DNA of 64,000 nucleotides from Lingula anatina (GCA_051362555.1 CM120645.1:21886001-21950000); one strand, 5' to 3'; shown: positions 40,539 to 52,607, counted from the first letter of the stretch. Numbers and translations are program-made. The notes: a model not told the origin generated them from the sequence alone.

Positions 40539-43500
40539 TTACTTTCTGACAAATAAAAATTCCCGACCTGTGCATCCTCTGCTATAAATACATTTGGTTT
40601 TACTGCCATGGAGCTGCAAGTGTTCAAAGTACGAAACATAAGTTTAAAAATACACCTTATTATATTTAAAGCAATATTGACAAGCAATAATTTTCATGAT
40701 GTTTGTAATCATCATGTATTAAAACTTGTTGAAATTTGATAAAAAAAATCAGACTTAACAAAATAGTATTTTTTTCATTTTTTAGTGCATGATTATTGTG
40801 AAATTCACAACATAAAGAGACGATCTTACTTTGGGTTATGGTGTCTTGTTGGGTTATCAAAAGAGCTACTTTGAATGACTTCTGATTTCCACTCTTTAGC
40901 TGAATTCAAAGATTGTTCATCAATTAAAAGGAATAAAACCTTTAAGATAACTTAACTGACATCCAGGCAAATACATGATAATCATATCTTTAGTCTAGTA
41001 TTTAAACACTAGACTACAAGAAGAAAAGGCTTTAAAGTTTTTGTCACATTTCTGGAGATTAAATGTTTCCTAATATTCAATTACAAGTTATTTGTATAAG
41101 TAAGGAGTATACCCCTATCCAGTACAGTGATTGTCAGATGAGTTTCAGAAATAAAGAAAACCAAAACTAAAATCAATAATCTCAAACATTAAACTTTTAA
41201 AAGTGGGACAAGTAAATTAATTATATAAAGACAGCCAGTCTTACAAATTATTTATTTTTCAAAAACTTACAGTAAGAATAAGTGACTTCTTCTCTGGTCT
41301 TATCTCCTTCATTCACTTCCCTGAAATTAAAATAACAAAACATTACAGACACTAATTCATGATATTTTTGTTCATTTGTTCATCCATACCAGGTCCTAGT
41401 GCTACTTGTATTGACAAGCTACCATTTCGCTACACAGGAACCTATGACAGGCACGTTTATAGGTTTAACCAATTGCACTTGGCTACAGTCAATGCCGAGT
41501 TGGATCAATCTACGTAGCAAGACCAATAGTTTCACTGAGAATAAGACTTTAGACTAAAATGTGTTCATCCAAACTGAAAATAATTTGTTATTAAAATAAA
41601 AAACCCAAACAGATATATAATAACTAATAAAATTGAAATTAAAAAGCGTACTAGGCAATATCTGTACGTATTTGACAAACATTGCATGTACAGTAACACC
41701 ATAGTGAGAAAAGTGATCACATGTTCATTGCGCATGCACATGGATGTGCGTGCATGCAAGAGTGTGCTTACCTCCTGTGTTCATGTTCCACCCACTGATA
41801 CATCTCTACGTGTCTTTTCAACTTTACTGCACGCACAGATACTCCATATGCAGAATCACTCAAAACCTAGTAGTACATAGGAATATGCATATGTTACAAG
41901 CCATGCATATACTGGTAGATTACCTTAATTAGTTTTAACAATGTATTTAATACACAGAGACTGTATACAATACATACCTGTAATTACTGTAACTGTGTGA
42001 TTAAAATAAAGAGTTAGTGGATAAAAATCAAATTAAATATGATTCATGCCCATATATGCTGAAGTTTAAAATTTTGTATTGATTTAAAATTGAAATAAGA
42101 CACCTATTTACAGAAAATAATAATAATAATATTTACAATGTGATTTCTGCAGAGGTGGACTTAACATTAAATGGCATAGTTTTCTGTACCCCTCTATTCT
42201 GACTGGTCTTAATAACATGTGATTATGCTACATGGGATATATCTCCCTTACACACGCCCCAACTTGCAAATCAAAATCAAGACAGCTAACTGTCAATGTT
42301 GTGTGTAGCCAGGACTCGAGGAGCTCTGTATATGTGGCTTTCTGATAGGACAAAAAAAAACAAAAAAAAAAAAACAAAAACAGGCAATTGTTAAAGTCTT
42401 CTTAAAAGTCATCAATCTCCCAAAATGGACCCTGGGGAAGATTTTCAAGTTTACATTAATGGGTTTCTATTTTCTTTCTGTTAGAAGACAGTCAAAAATG
42501 GAGTATGGATCAACAAACATAAGATAATTTGGAAGATTGTCAGAAAATATATCTCTGGATCCAAAAAGCTGTGCCACTCAATATAAAATGGGCTTTATCC
42601 TATGCGCATACCTTTCCTGTCTTAAGAGGCCCAGTTAGGTGCACCAGCTTTCCATTATTCTGATCAAATGCAACATGGATAGTACCCAGCGAAACCACTC
42701 GATCCAGTCCTTCCTCCAGAGATCTGGCCGTCGTGACTGCTCGCCCCTGAAAATTTGAATTTAAAAAAACAATTAAATAAAAACTAAATATTAACTTAAT
42801 AAGAGGATTATATATTGAACATACATGACAGAAAATTGGGTAATAGTTTTTTTTTTTTTTATTATTATGGTGTGGAAACAAATATGCACTGATGTTCATG
42901 GGTTTATTTCTATACCTTCTTTACATGCATTTGTGATAATTACTAATTATTTTTATAACAGACTGGTACCACTCTTAGCTAGTATCTATTAACTTTATAC
43001 ATTTACACAGATCCTGTAAGTCCATCAAACATAATTTTATAGATTTTTAGCATTGACTAAATATATTATCTGCTTTTTAATGTAATTGATTTTCATTCAG
43101 ATCCCTAATCAATTAGGAATTTTAAGCAACATCTGCTTGTAACATCATTATTAGAAGTCAAGTCACGATATATGGATAAAGTGACTTCATTAAAGATTTT
43201 CCCTACACCGTAAAGACACAACAAGGATATACTAGTAATTCAGGAGTTTCTATCCATTAGTTCCTCTTAATATGACAATCTTCATATTGATTCCACGATA
43301 TCTCATTATAACATCATTTTCACTTCTAATAGCTAGCACTAGCTTCAGATTTCAACATGCTAATAGATCAATGCAGTAATATAAACCTGTTTGATTTAGT
43401 GACAAATGCATTCCTTATTTTTCGTTTTATTTTATTTAATTGTCAGCAGGCCAAATTCATCTGAGATCGAAATCCAAATGGCAGGTAGGGTCAATAATAA

Positions 43501-45438
43501 AAGCCATCAGAAAAAAACAATTCTCTGCACGTCTCTCAATGTAAAAAAAAATAAATAAATAAGAGACCTTGCACCATTCAGTATGCTCGCGTACATCTCC
43601 CTTACCTCATTCCACCAAAGCAGACAAACTGCAACAATTATCACAGCAATTCCAACTAATATTGCCACTAAACTTCGCCCTATCCTCTCACAGAAGTTAG
43701 GGTTGTTTCTATACGAAACCCTGGTGTGGCTGTCTCCGCCTAGATCCATATTGTGCATTCCTGGATGATGTGGGAACTGAAAATTAACAGAAAGTTGAAG
43801 ATTATAAGACACAAAGACGCTACAATATTTACTGTACTTACATGTAATATGTTAGAATACAAATTATATTGTAATTATATATATACTTGTAGCTAGACCA
43901 TGCCTGTTGCCAGCATATGAAAAGTTTCTTTCTCTGGAAAAGTGGACATATTACAGCTAAAATTGATCCAACTTGAAAGAAGACATAAAACCGAGATATA
44001 ATTTTGACCGACAAGGAGAACCTTTTCAGGTTGAAAGCTAGGCAGTGTCATCAAATGAAAAAAAAAGTGTAGGCAGTATCTGTAAGTATTTGACAAACAT
44101 TGTATGTTACATTGTATCATGTCTTCATAATGCATGAACATGCCCCCCCCCCCCCAACCCTCACTATCTTGAGTCCATTTTTGGCATGTACCTATTTTGG
44201 CATGACACATGGAAGTGGTGGAAACCCATATACATGTCATGTCAATATGATTCATGCATAAATAAAGACCCAAATTCCTGTAATATATGCCCTTGCTGAC
44301 CTTTAAATTAAATTCTTAATTTCTTCCAATAAGTATATAATTTTATATATAATTTTACTGTCGACAGTGGTGGTTATTTTCTATCCTGGAAGTATATGTA
44401 TAGATATTAGTCCTACAGGTAGTATATATATATATATTATAATGAAGTTAAACTGGTGATGTGTAGTATAAATTTAGATTAAGCTGCACTTACTGATCTC
44501 TACTATATGTGCATGTACTACACAAGTACTAGTACTTACAGTGCAGTAACACGTACAAACTGGAATTGCCAGATCGAGGAAAGAATTAAGTTTAAACTTA
44601 AGCTTATCCAGAGAAATGTTATATAATGCTGTTTAACAGAAATGTGCCACTTACAAGTACTACAGGGACCCTGACACTTGAAAAAAATTGCACTGCCTTC
44701 AGGTACAGTCACTATGCCCATGAACAAAACAGAGGAGGTATTTGTATAGGGTCGTGGGAGGGGGGCTGGGGGTAAGGGGCTGAAGAAACCCAAAATGATG
44801 CAGTACAGTATTTTTCGACTATTTTCATAAATATTATTAAGTAATACAAGTACAGGAACTACAGTGTACGTGGTGTGCCAAACAGTCTGTATATCCTATT
44901 GAAATACCTGTAGTTTGAAAAACCTACTTTGATGCCACCCCCTCCCCCCCCTCCCAAACACAATCTCCATTGTAGAGGACTACTGTACATGTAGTATACT
45001 TAAGTCGTTAAGTATACCCAAGCTTTTAGATACACATACCAATCAAGATGACGCGAGCTACAAGATTTGAAGTTAAAGTATGTACTTCCATTGGCTTGTA
45101 AACATGTACATGTATGTCAGCGGCTCACAAAATCCTAAGATTACATTTGATCTTTTCTGAACAATTTACACCCGTGTTAAGAAATAAGTTGAAAATAAAT
45201 AAGCAAATCATGCTTGTGCTGCACACCAGTAAATAATAAATATGGCAGCAATATTGAAAGTGATCGAATCAGACCAATTTCGTTCACGTACTATACAGTA
45301 CCTGTTTTTGTACAACTCTTACCGATAGACTGACCGATTTCTCTTCTTAGAGACTATGGCTGATGCGTAGCTTTTAAGTAAGACAGTAAGTACACGTGTG
45401 CCTACGCTAATGGGAATACTCACGTCACGTCTATACAT
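37081..45438 (-). CDS. TMEM43: Transmembrane protein 43 (LUMA), 12 exons, 410 aa
   Basis: Exons 45438-45424, 43776-43606, 42746-42612, 41866-41772, 41320-41271, 40899-40830, 40613-40543, 39986-39868, 39586-39515, 39381-39280, 38290-38173 and 37295-37081 total 1233 nt with consistent phases. Motifs [83 protein letters not shown] and GWIRYRP all align with human TMEM43 as I recall it. The 15-nt first exon is the least certain. Confidence 0.96.
37345..37792. mobile_element. Harbinger-like MITE in the last TMEM43 intron
   Basis: Ends GGATCTATTTCACAAAAGAA / TTCTTTTGTGAAATCAGCCC flanked by CTG/CTG, with an internal degenerate duplication (about 37409-37515 versus 37571-37665). Confidence 0.6.
38928..39049. 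repeat. Tandem duplication of about 58-64 bp
   Basis: AAACCAAATCAAATGACTGCAATTTTTTACATTC...GGTACTGCAATATAACCTT occurs twice in succession. Confidence 0.85.
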
Positions 45439-45614
45439 GGTTTTAGATGAGGCCAGCCGTAAATCCTGATCTCGTTTGATATCACAAAGTGACCCAATTT
45501 CGTGCTGCAATCTGATTGGTTACTGAAAGGGGGGTTTCCCTGCGCGTAGTGTTTCACGAGATGCTCATGAGAGCTGGAGAGGCAGGACAGTTATTGTGCA
45601 GTTTTCAAACTTGT

Positions 45615-45784
45615 CAGGGGCGGATTAAGGCCGTCTTCTGGGTCTTCCGGAAAACGGTCAGATTTTCAAGTTTACATTGACGGGTATCTAATTTTTATCT
45701 GTCGAAAGACGGTCAAAATGGAGGATGGATCCACAAAGATAATTTGGAAGACTGTCAGAAAATAGCTAGATGTATCCGCCCCTG
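45615..45784. mobile_element. MITE, CAGGGGCGGAT family, copy 2, 5-bp TSD
   Basis: Same TIRs and body as 18488-18655, flanked by CTTGT/CTTGT. A truncated third copy lies at about 42440-42562. Confidence 0.85.
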
Positions 45785-45931
45785 CTTGTCGTTCAGTTGC
45801 AACACACATGCGCGGGGAAAGGCAGGCTTAACCATAATTAAGTCAATATTGAAATAAACTGCAAATGAAAAAAATACAAAAATACGCGTTCTCTATATGC
45901 TTAATTCTGTTCCAATCTTTTTTAAACACTA

Positions 45932-46322
45932 AGTGATAGATACAATAGGGCCTACGAGTCGCCGAGCTGTACGTGAAATATTACGAGTGTATTGGCGAGC
46001 CGCAGGCGAGACAATACACGAGTAATTTTCACGTACAGCTCGGCGACGGGTGTTGTATCTGGCTTAAACCACGGCCTCTGATTGGCTAAGTACTACACTA
46101 GTAGTGCAAGAGACCGTGGAACGCACTCGTACATGACGTGCTTGTATGTCGAATACAGCACGGCCGAGTCTTTTGTTCTACGCGCTAGCCGTGGTTTAAA
46201 TCATCTACGTTAGCTGTGACCTAGTGATAGCCTATAATTGGTTCTCTGAATACTTCTACGTTGACTCTCGTGACTACTAAGTACTTGCACATCCCTTGAC
46301 AACTTATCTTCTATCACGTGAC
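45932..46322. mobile_element. Palindrome-rich, CpG-rich non-autonomous element (possibly Crypton-like)
   Basis: Hairpin 45958-46047 with loop GCGAGCCGCAGGCGAG; second inverted repeat TTAAACCACGGC (46064-46075) / GCCGTGGTTTAA (46188-46199); outer GTGATAGA / TCTATCAC. The family assignment is inference. Confidence 0.5.
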
Positions 46323-46332
46323 CTTTTACTAT

Positions 46333-46505
46333 GAATCAGAATCAGAAGTTTATTGACTATCGCCCTACATCCGGGCATGATCAAATACAAATACAAGAAG
46401 TAATCCGCAGAGTGATTACCATATACAGTTTGATATACATTATATAATGTCTAGACTAAAGCAGGGAAAGTACATGTACTACTCAATAAAGATCAATATA
46501 GGGAT

Positions 46506-46540
<35 letters not shown>

Positions 46541-49500
46541 GATTCAACTAGAATAGGCTACACTAAACCTTATATTAAACTAACTATTATTTAGGGGGAT
46601 ATGAAAACTGCATCATCAGTTAATCTAGGTTTTATTCAGCATGGATGCAATTTTCATATCCCTAGCTTTAAAACAATCATAAAGAAAATTAGTTGTGCAT
46701 TTTGCAATATCAAAATCATTACATTGCAGTACAGTAATAAAAAGGTCACTGATGGACTCAGGGGCTGCACTGCCCAGTATATCTTTAACCTGGTTAAGGA
46801 ATATGGCTCTTAGTGGAGCATAAGAGGGGCATATCATCATAAAATGGAACTCATCTTCAACTGACCCCATGTTGCACACCGTGCATAGCCTTTTCTCTAT
46901 GGGTATTTTAGGATTCATGTGTCTCCCCTTTTCAATTGCCAAATTGTGGGCACTTATCCTGAATTTGCAAAGGAATGTAGATTTGGGTTTGTGGATTAAC
47001 TGTGTGTATATTTCTCTTTTAAAATCTTTTTTGAAGGTACTGTAGGTACGTAATTTTTTGCCCTCCGTGTTCAGGGATGCTAGGTGAGATTTAAAGGCCG
47101 AACTATAAGAGATTTGGATAAGCGGTTTTATTATGGAAGAGAGTGCGGTCATGGATATTTTAAAAGGGTCCTCCCAAATGTCAGGGCGTCCAATGAGCGC
47201 CAGTGTATTTTTAATGCCGGTTGACCAGGTTGAGGTGTTAAGTCTGTTTAAATTTTCATTTTCATGAAGTGCATGAGTAACTAAGGAGGTGGTGTCATGG
47301 TGCTTTTTATATTGGAGGCTGTGCCAGTATTTGAGGGCCAGTGTGTGGGCAGTGGTCAGTATTGGGAAGCTGCCCAGTTCTCCGCGGACAGCATGTGAGG
47401 GAGATTTTCGGTTAACGCCTAGGATAGTTTTGCAGGCCTTGAGATGTAAGGTTTCAATGGAAAGTTTGTCACAAATTAGGAAGTAGCTGTCTTTACTTGA
47501 GTTTTTGACAAAGTATGGTGCCCAAACTTCAGAGCCATAGGTAAGAATGGGAGCTATGAGTGAGTCAAAAAGTTTCATGGAAATGGGCACTGGGCTGGTG
47601 AATAATTTATTGCGGATTTTGAAAAATGCTTTCCCCCCTTTTGATTTGAGTATTTCAAGGGATTTGGTGAAACTTCCGGATGGAGTAAAGACAAGTCCTA
47701 AATAGCAGTATTCACTACAGATTTCTAGAGGTATATCGCCAAACTTGAAAATTTGTTTCTGGATTTTGTGGCCAGATTTATTGAATATCATGACTTTTGT
47801 TTTAGTGATGTTCACTAGTAGCTTCCATTTTTTGCAGTAGGCCTGAAGTTGATTTATTGCGGTTTGTAAACCTGCACTGCTTTCCGACATAATTACTAGA
47901 TCGTCTGCATATAATAGGCAATTTAATTTTTGATTATTCAGAGACACTGGGTCACATCTGTCGTTAAAAATTGAGGGCAGGTCACTTATGAAGAGATTAA
48001 AGAGGAGTGGACTGAGATTACAGCCTTGCTTAACACCAACAGAGGACGAGAGACTATTTGTTATGCTATTTCTGCATTTGACGGCAAAACGCACAGATGA
48101 GTACATATTACGAAGGGTTCTTAGAAAGTTCCCATTGATGCCTGCCCTTGTCAGTTTGTAGAACAGGGCGTTTCGCCACACGGTATCGAAAGCAGAGGAA
48201 AAGTCAACAAAGCAAACAAAGAGGTTGGATTTAGAGGCCCTTTTAACATATTTGTCTATGAGGGTTTTTAATACTAAAATATGGTCACTGGTGCGGCTTC
48301 CTTTTTTAAAACCAATTTGATTTGGGGGTATGATATTGTGTTTTTCTACATATGTTGTGAGTCTGTTGTTCAGGATTAGACAGAATAGTTTACAGATATT
48401 GCTAGTGACAGCAATTCCTCTATAGTTATTTGGATCTGTTTTGTCACCCTTTTTGTGTATAACTGTTAGAAAGCTTGTTCTCCAAAGTGTAGGGAATGTT
48501 CCATTTGTGAGAATGTGGTTGAAGAGAATACACAGGGGGGCTGCCAGTCTGTGAATACCCTCTTTGATCATTTCATTAGGTATGCCATCTGGGCCAGAGG
48601 ATTTATTATTCTTAAGTTTTGTAGAAGCCTTTTTTATTTCATTTACAGTAAGTCGGTAGTCAAGTTCATTGAAAGTACCGTTTTTAATACCATTAAAGAA
48701 TTCATTAATTAGGGATTCAAATTTGGGGTCCTCATGTTGTAGACTTCTATTCATGAGATTATTAAAATGTTCCCACCATAAATGGGGTGGTATAGGGTTA
48801 CAGTTACTTTTTTTTTCATTCTCACATAGCTGGTCATAGAGGTTCCAAAATGTTTTGGGGTCAGAATTCTCGAGGGTTTCAATTTTGTGGAAAATGTGGT
48901 TACGAAAGTCGTTTCTTTTTTTATTTAGTAGTTTTGAGTATTGTTTTTTTTGCCTATTGTATTCTTGTATGAGTTGTTGATTTTGGGGATTTTTTCGAAT
49001 TTGTCTACTTAGAGATTTGAGTGATTTGGATACTTCCTTGCAGTTGGTGTCAAACCATTTTTTATTCATTTTACGTTTTTTAGCTTTCTTATTATTGTTC
49101 TTTTTAGTGAAACCTGCTTTAGAGGCCAGATTAGTAAGGAGTGTATAGAAGTTGTTGGTGAGTTGGTCAATGTCCATGTCCTTATTAAGTGAATATGAAG
49201 ATATGAATTTATTTATTTCTGTCTGGCTATCTGGAGTTTCTAGTGAGGCTGACCAAATTTGTTTTATGATATTTGACCATTGATAGTTGCTGGGGAGGTC
49301 ATGTGTTTGGTCTTGTGGCAGACTGTGGTCGGGGTAGTGGCACATACCAGTTTTTAGTGAGCAGGAAATCATGCAGTGGATGGACAGTGGAGTTAGAGAG
49401 TGTACCCTGAAATATTCCAGGTTACACAATATAGAACTATTACACAGTAGATAATCAATCACACTTGGGCTTCCCCTATGGCTGAAACAGGTAAAATTAC

Positions 49501-49935
49501 CTTGAGAGTCACCTAGGACTCTTCCATTTGCAATTCTAAGACCACTGCTTTGACATAATTCTAATAGACTCTTACCATGAGCATCAATTTTGTGCTGATC
49601 GAGATTTTTTCTAGTTAAAGCTGAGTCTGAGATATAATCTGAGCCCACATTAATGTGCAAGTCACTGTTATCATGCACTATATAGTCCGGTTCAGTGCCA
49701 GTTTTCGCATTAAAATCTCCTAGTATAACACAACTACCTAAGGATGACAGTTTAACAATATCAGTTTCAATAAGTGAAAAAATATCCTCTCTAGTAGAGC
49801 TAAAGTTTGTACCTACAGGGCTAATATAAACATTACATATATACAGATCTTGTTCTAAACCAAAGAAATGTTTACAGAGTTTGAACCACATAAATTCAGA
49901 GCAGGTGATCTTGAGGAAGGTTACTCCTTGTAAAA
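46333..49935 (-). mobile_element. 5'-truncated non-LTR retrotransposon (CR1/L2 group, e.g. Crack/Daphne-like)
   Basis: The long ORF2 begins inside the endonuclease. The 3' UTR ends in AATAAA followed by a (TTCTGA)n-type tail at about 46333-46354, and no clear TSD is present, as is typical for the L2 group. Confidence 0.9.
46625..49891 (-). CDS. LINE ORF2: partial apurinic endonuclease, reverse transcriptase and C-terminal Cys/His motif (1088 aa, uninterrupted)
   Basis: Endonuclease motifs LGDFNA, SVIDY and SIHC; RT motifs SSGPDGI, NYRGI, QIGFKKG, FVDFSSAFD, GVKQGCNLSPLLF, YADD and YLG; C-terminal RISAHNLAIEKGR..C..C...EDEFHF...C. Confidence 0.93.
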   Translation of the reverse strand: MWFKLCKHFFGLEQDLYICNVYISPVGTNFSSTREDIFSLIETDIVKLSSLGSCVILGDFNAKTGTEPDYIVHDNSDLHINVGSDYISDSALTRKNLDQHKIDAHGKSLLELCQSSGLRIANGRVLGDSQGNFTCFSHRGSPSVIDYLLCNSSILCNLEYFRVHSLTPLSIHCMISCSLKTGMCHYPDHSLPQDQTHDLPSNYQWSNIIKQIWSASLETPDSQTEINKFISSYSLNKDMDIDQLTNNFYTLLTNLASKAGFTKKNNNKKAKKRKMNKKWFDTNCKEVSKSLKSLSRQIRKNPQNQQLIQEYNRQKKQYSKLLNKKRNDFRNHIFHKIETLENSDPKTFWNLYDQLCENEKKSNCNPIPPHLWWEHFNNLMNRSLQHEDPKFESLINEFFNGIKNGTFNELDYRLTVNEIKKASTKLKNNKSSGPDGIPNEMIKEGIHRLAAPLCILFNHILTNGTFPTLWRTSFLTVIHKKGDKTDPNNYRGIAVTSNICKLFCLILNNRLTTYVEKHNIIPPNQIGFKKGSRTSDHILVLKTLIDKYVKRASKSNLFVCFVDFSSAFDTVWRNALFYKLTRAGINGNFLRTLRNMYSSVRFAVKCRNSITNSLSSSVGVKQGCNLSPLLFNLFISDLPSIFNDRCDPVSLNNQKLNCLLYADDLVIMSESSAGLQTAINQLQAYCKKWKLLVNITKTKVMIFNKSGHKIQKQIFKFGDIPLEICSEYCYLGLVFTPSGSFTKSLEILKSKGGKAFFKIRNKLFTSPVPISMKLFDSLIAPILTYGSEVWAPYFVKNSSKDSYFLICDKLSIETLHLKACKTILGVNRKSPSHAVRGELGSFPILTTAHTLALKYWHSLQYKKHHDTTSLVTHALHENENLNRLNTSTWSTGIKNTLALIGRPDIWEDPFKISMTALSSIIKPLIQISYSSAFKSHLASLNTEGKKLRTYSTFKKDFKREIYTQLIHKPKSTFLCKFRISAHNLAIEKGRHMNPKIPIEKRLCTVCNMGSVEDEFHFMMICPSYAPLRAIFLNQVKDILGSAAPESISDLFITVLQCNDFDIAKCTTNFLYDCFKARDMKIASMLNKT

Positions 49936-50246
49936 TCTGTTCGCACCAATTTCGAGCACTAGACGGTGGAACGACTGAGACTAGTGGCTTGTGTTGGTAA
50001 GTTAGTTGCTTTGGTATTTCCTTTCCTTCTGATTATACTTTCCACTACTCTTATTCATTTTTTTCTTTCAGCCTCAGATTACACAGTCATCTAGTTTATC
50101 CTCCGTCTTAGTCAATGGGGCTATCAGTTTTTTTCACCACTGGGTGGCGCGCGTGTTTTAGTTGGGGTACTTTTGCGCATGCGCGTACTTTCTCGTGTGT
50201 TTGCAGTTTCATTTTTAATCTGACGCTGTAAATATCGCTCTAAATA

Positions 50247-51555
50247 ATGCCAGGATACTGTCGTGTTCCGGAATGTACATCGTCAACAGCAGGTCATTCT
50301 TTTCCGAAAGACACAAAGCTGAGTTACCAGTGGAGAGTTGCCATCAGGAGGGTTGATTCTTCATCAAAAACACTATGGAAACCAAAGGCACATGACAAAG
50401 TCTGTTTCCTCCACTTTCGTGAGGAAGATTACACTTCTACGTAAGTTGTAGGCCTACTTGCTGTTGTAGCTTTTAGTATTAATAATGAGTTTGTCAACTT
50501 ATTCATTAGGTCTTTGTTATCGATGTTTAAATAATTGTGTCGTTTAACGTGCTTAGAATGTTAATTTTTAAGACATTCTTCACCTAACATTATGTAGCGA
50601 TTTGGGGGAGAAAACACTCTACCGACTAAGCTACCGAGCCCGGGTCAACCCCGACCAGCCACTACAATTATTTCTTCGTTTTTATGTGATAATACATAAG
50701 GTTTTTTAAAGGCCACGTTTTCAAATTAGGACAACTTGATTTTTATTGTATTAATAATCGTTATGTGCACTCCTTTTGCAGATGAGAGAAAAAGACTGAA
50801 GCCAGGAACGATACCATCCATATTTCCATTTAATAATTCGCAAAGTATCAGATCCGATGAAGTGGAGGTAAATATAACGCATGATATAATAACAGATTTA
50901 TAAATAAAATGTTTCTTTTTATTTGTATAATTATCTGTCTTAATACTAAAAATACTAGAGACGGACTAAAGGGGACAAGAGGCAGTCAGATCTGCGTCAT
51001 TTCTGTCATCTACACAGATTTTATGTGTTAATTAACAATGTATTTTTCTTTGTGTAATTTATTAACTTATGTATTTATTTTTTGTTGTATCCTATATAGG
51101 ATGAGTCTCAAGCAGATGAAGCAGTGGCAGAAAAACATGAAGACTGCACTGGTGAGAGCCAAAAAGAAAGTACAGCTTCCTAGTGTGATATCACTTCACC
51201 ATCAGACACAAGAGAAAGCATCATGCTGCACCAGAAAAATGCAAAGGCTGTCCAGTATCAAACTGGATTTAGTCATATTGAACATTTCATGTTGTTTTTC
51301 AATGGCCTTGGGCCAGCAGCTCACCACTTGAATTTCAAATGTTTCTCACCAGGGCCAATGTTTTTTGATCATTATGAAACTGAGACAAGCCTTTGACGAT
51401 TATTTAGCTCTCTGTTTCAAGCTATCGGTAACAACGGTGTCAGAAATAATAAGCACATGGATCAACTTTGTTTTTCCAACTCAGTGAAATGAACATTTGG
51501 CCAGAACGTGACATTGTTGACGACTATATGTCTGTAAATTTTAAGAAATATGGAG
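50247..51555 (+). pseudogene. THAP-domain and HTH transposase remnant (no DDE core seen)
   Basis: THAP C2CH: MPGYCRVPEC...HSFPKD...W...VCFLHF, continued after an intron at about 50782 by KRLKPGTIPSIF. Later frameshifted pieces GLGPAAHHL, MKLRQ..., VSEIISTWINF and NIWPER are typical of the HTH preceding DDE_Tnp_4. Confidence 0.75.
50605..50643 (-). mobile_element. Short tRNA-derived (SINE head-like) fragment
   Basis: Minus strand reads GGCTCGGTAGCTTAGTCGGTAGAGTG, a tRNA D-arm/A-box; no T-arm or B-box follows. Confidence 0.35.
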
Positions 51556-51897
51556 TATTGATTTCATGGGTAAACAACAGTGACTGGCATAATTTGTCCA
51601 TGTCTTGTCTTTCGGTTGCATTCAAAATATCACCAAACCTAAAAATGATAAAATTAAATTAGTGAGATAGGTTTTTTTACTGTTCTTTTCAATTTGTATT
51701 CCAAATGCAAAATGAAATTGTACATTCATAGGATTAAATGTTGACCTTCAAACCATGATATATCATCTCACAACTTGTATTTCTGTATTATAATGCAACT
51801 ACAGGTATATATAGTAGCTCAAGCTAGGACATGATATTGATACAAGACATTTGAACAAGAAAAAAAAAAGCAAACTTATTTTCGTTTGCACACCTAC

Positions 51898-52607
51898 CTC
51901 GATGCTGTTATTCTCCATGATCTTTCTTCATGCCACACTCGACTTTTACTTTGGCCTCTAGTTCTGTTTTCAAGTTCTGACACTTCCTTCTCTGTGACCT
52001 ACCAACATCAATGCAATTATGAGGGAGTGAAAAAAACAATGATGCTAACAAAACGATGCTAACATTCTTGGCAAACACTGTTTTGATTGTCTACCTCATC
52101 TACACTTAGTTATGTCAACTGTCATTGACATAAAACACGCATCAACCCTTGTTTCTCCTTTACAAATTTGTGTTGACACAAGTCATGTGTTAAATGTCGG
52201 ACCTGGTACACGAAACTCGATTACCGAAACGAACGGTCCTTTATCGACTAGGAGTGCCTACAATAAACATATTTTAAACATAAATACCTTCATTATATTC
52301 TCGGAATATGGAAATACGCAATGACAATATCATTATCTTGAAATATAGTAATAAATTAGGCATGTTAGTAGTGCGGAACTAGCCGCCGCTTACACCTGGC
52401 TTTTGACAGGGAGCTCACACAGAAACCCATATTTACGGGAAGATTCGAGCGCGAAACCTTCAATATTAATGATACAATTGACACATTTATAAGTAAACAC
52501 ACTAACCTTTCTACCAAATCCTGTTTCTTTCCTCTAGTGGAGGCTCCTCTTTCAACTAGTGTAAGTTTTAACTTCGCCGCCGTTTGCTTCCCATACTCTA
52601 AAGCCAT
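51898..52607 (-). pseudogene. SAP-domain / YqaJ-like exonuclease remnant
   Basis: SAP-like LKLTLVERGASTRGKKQDLVERL followed by a GT donor. Exon 51998-51898 encodes ELENRTRGQSKSRVWHEERSWRITAS, the N-terminal motif of YqaJ/lambda-type exonucleases. Confidence 0.75.

Noticed and set aside
41652-41689. SECIS-like hairpin with an AAA loop
   Set aside because: It is intronic, lacks the AUGA/GA quartet, and the gene has no in-frame TGA.
50605-50643. Possible tRNA gene
   Set aside because: Only the 5' D-arm part is present, with no anticodon arm, T-arm or acceptor closure.
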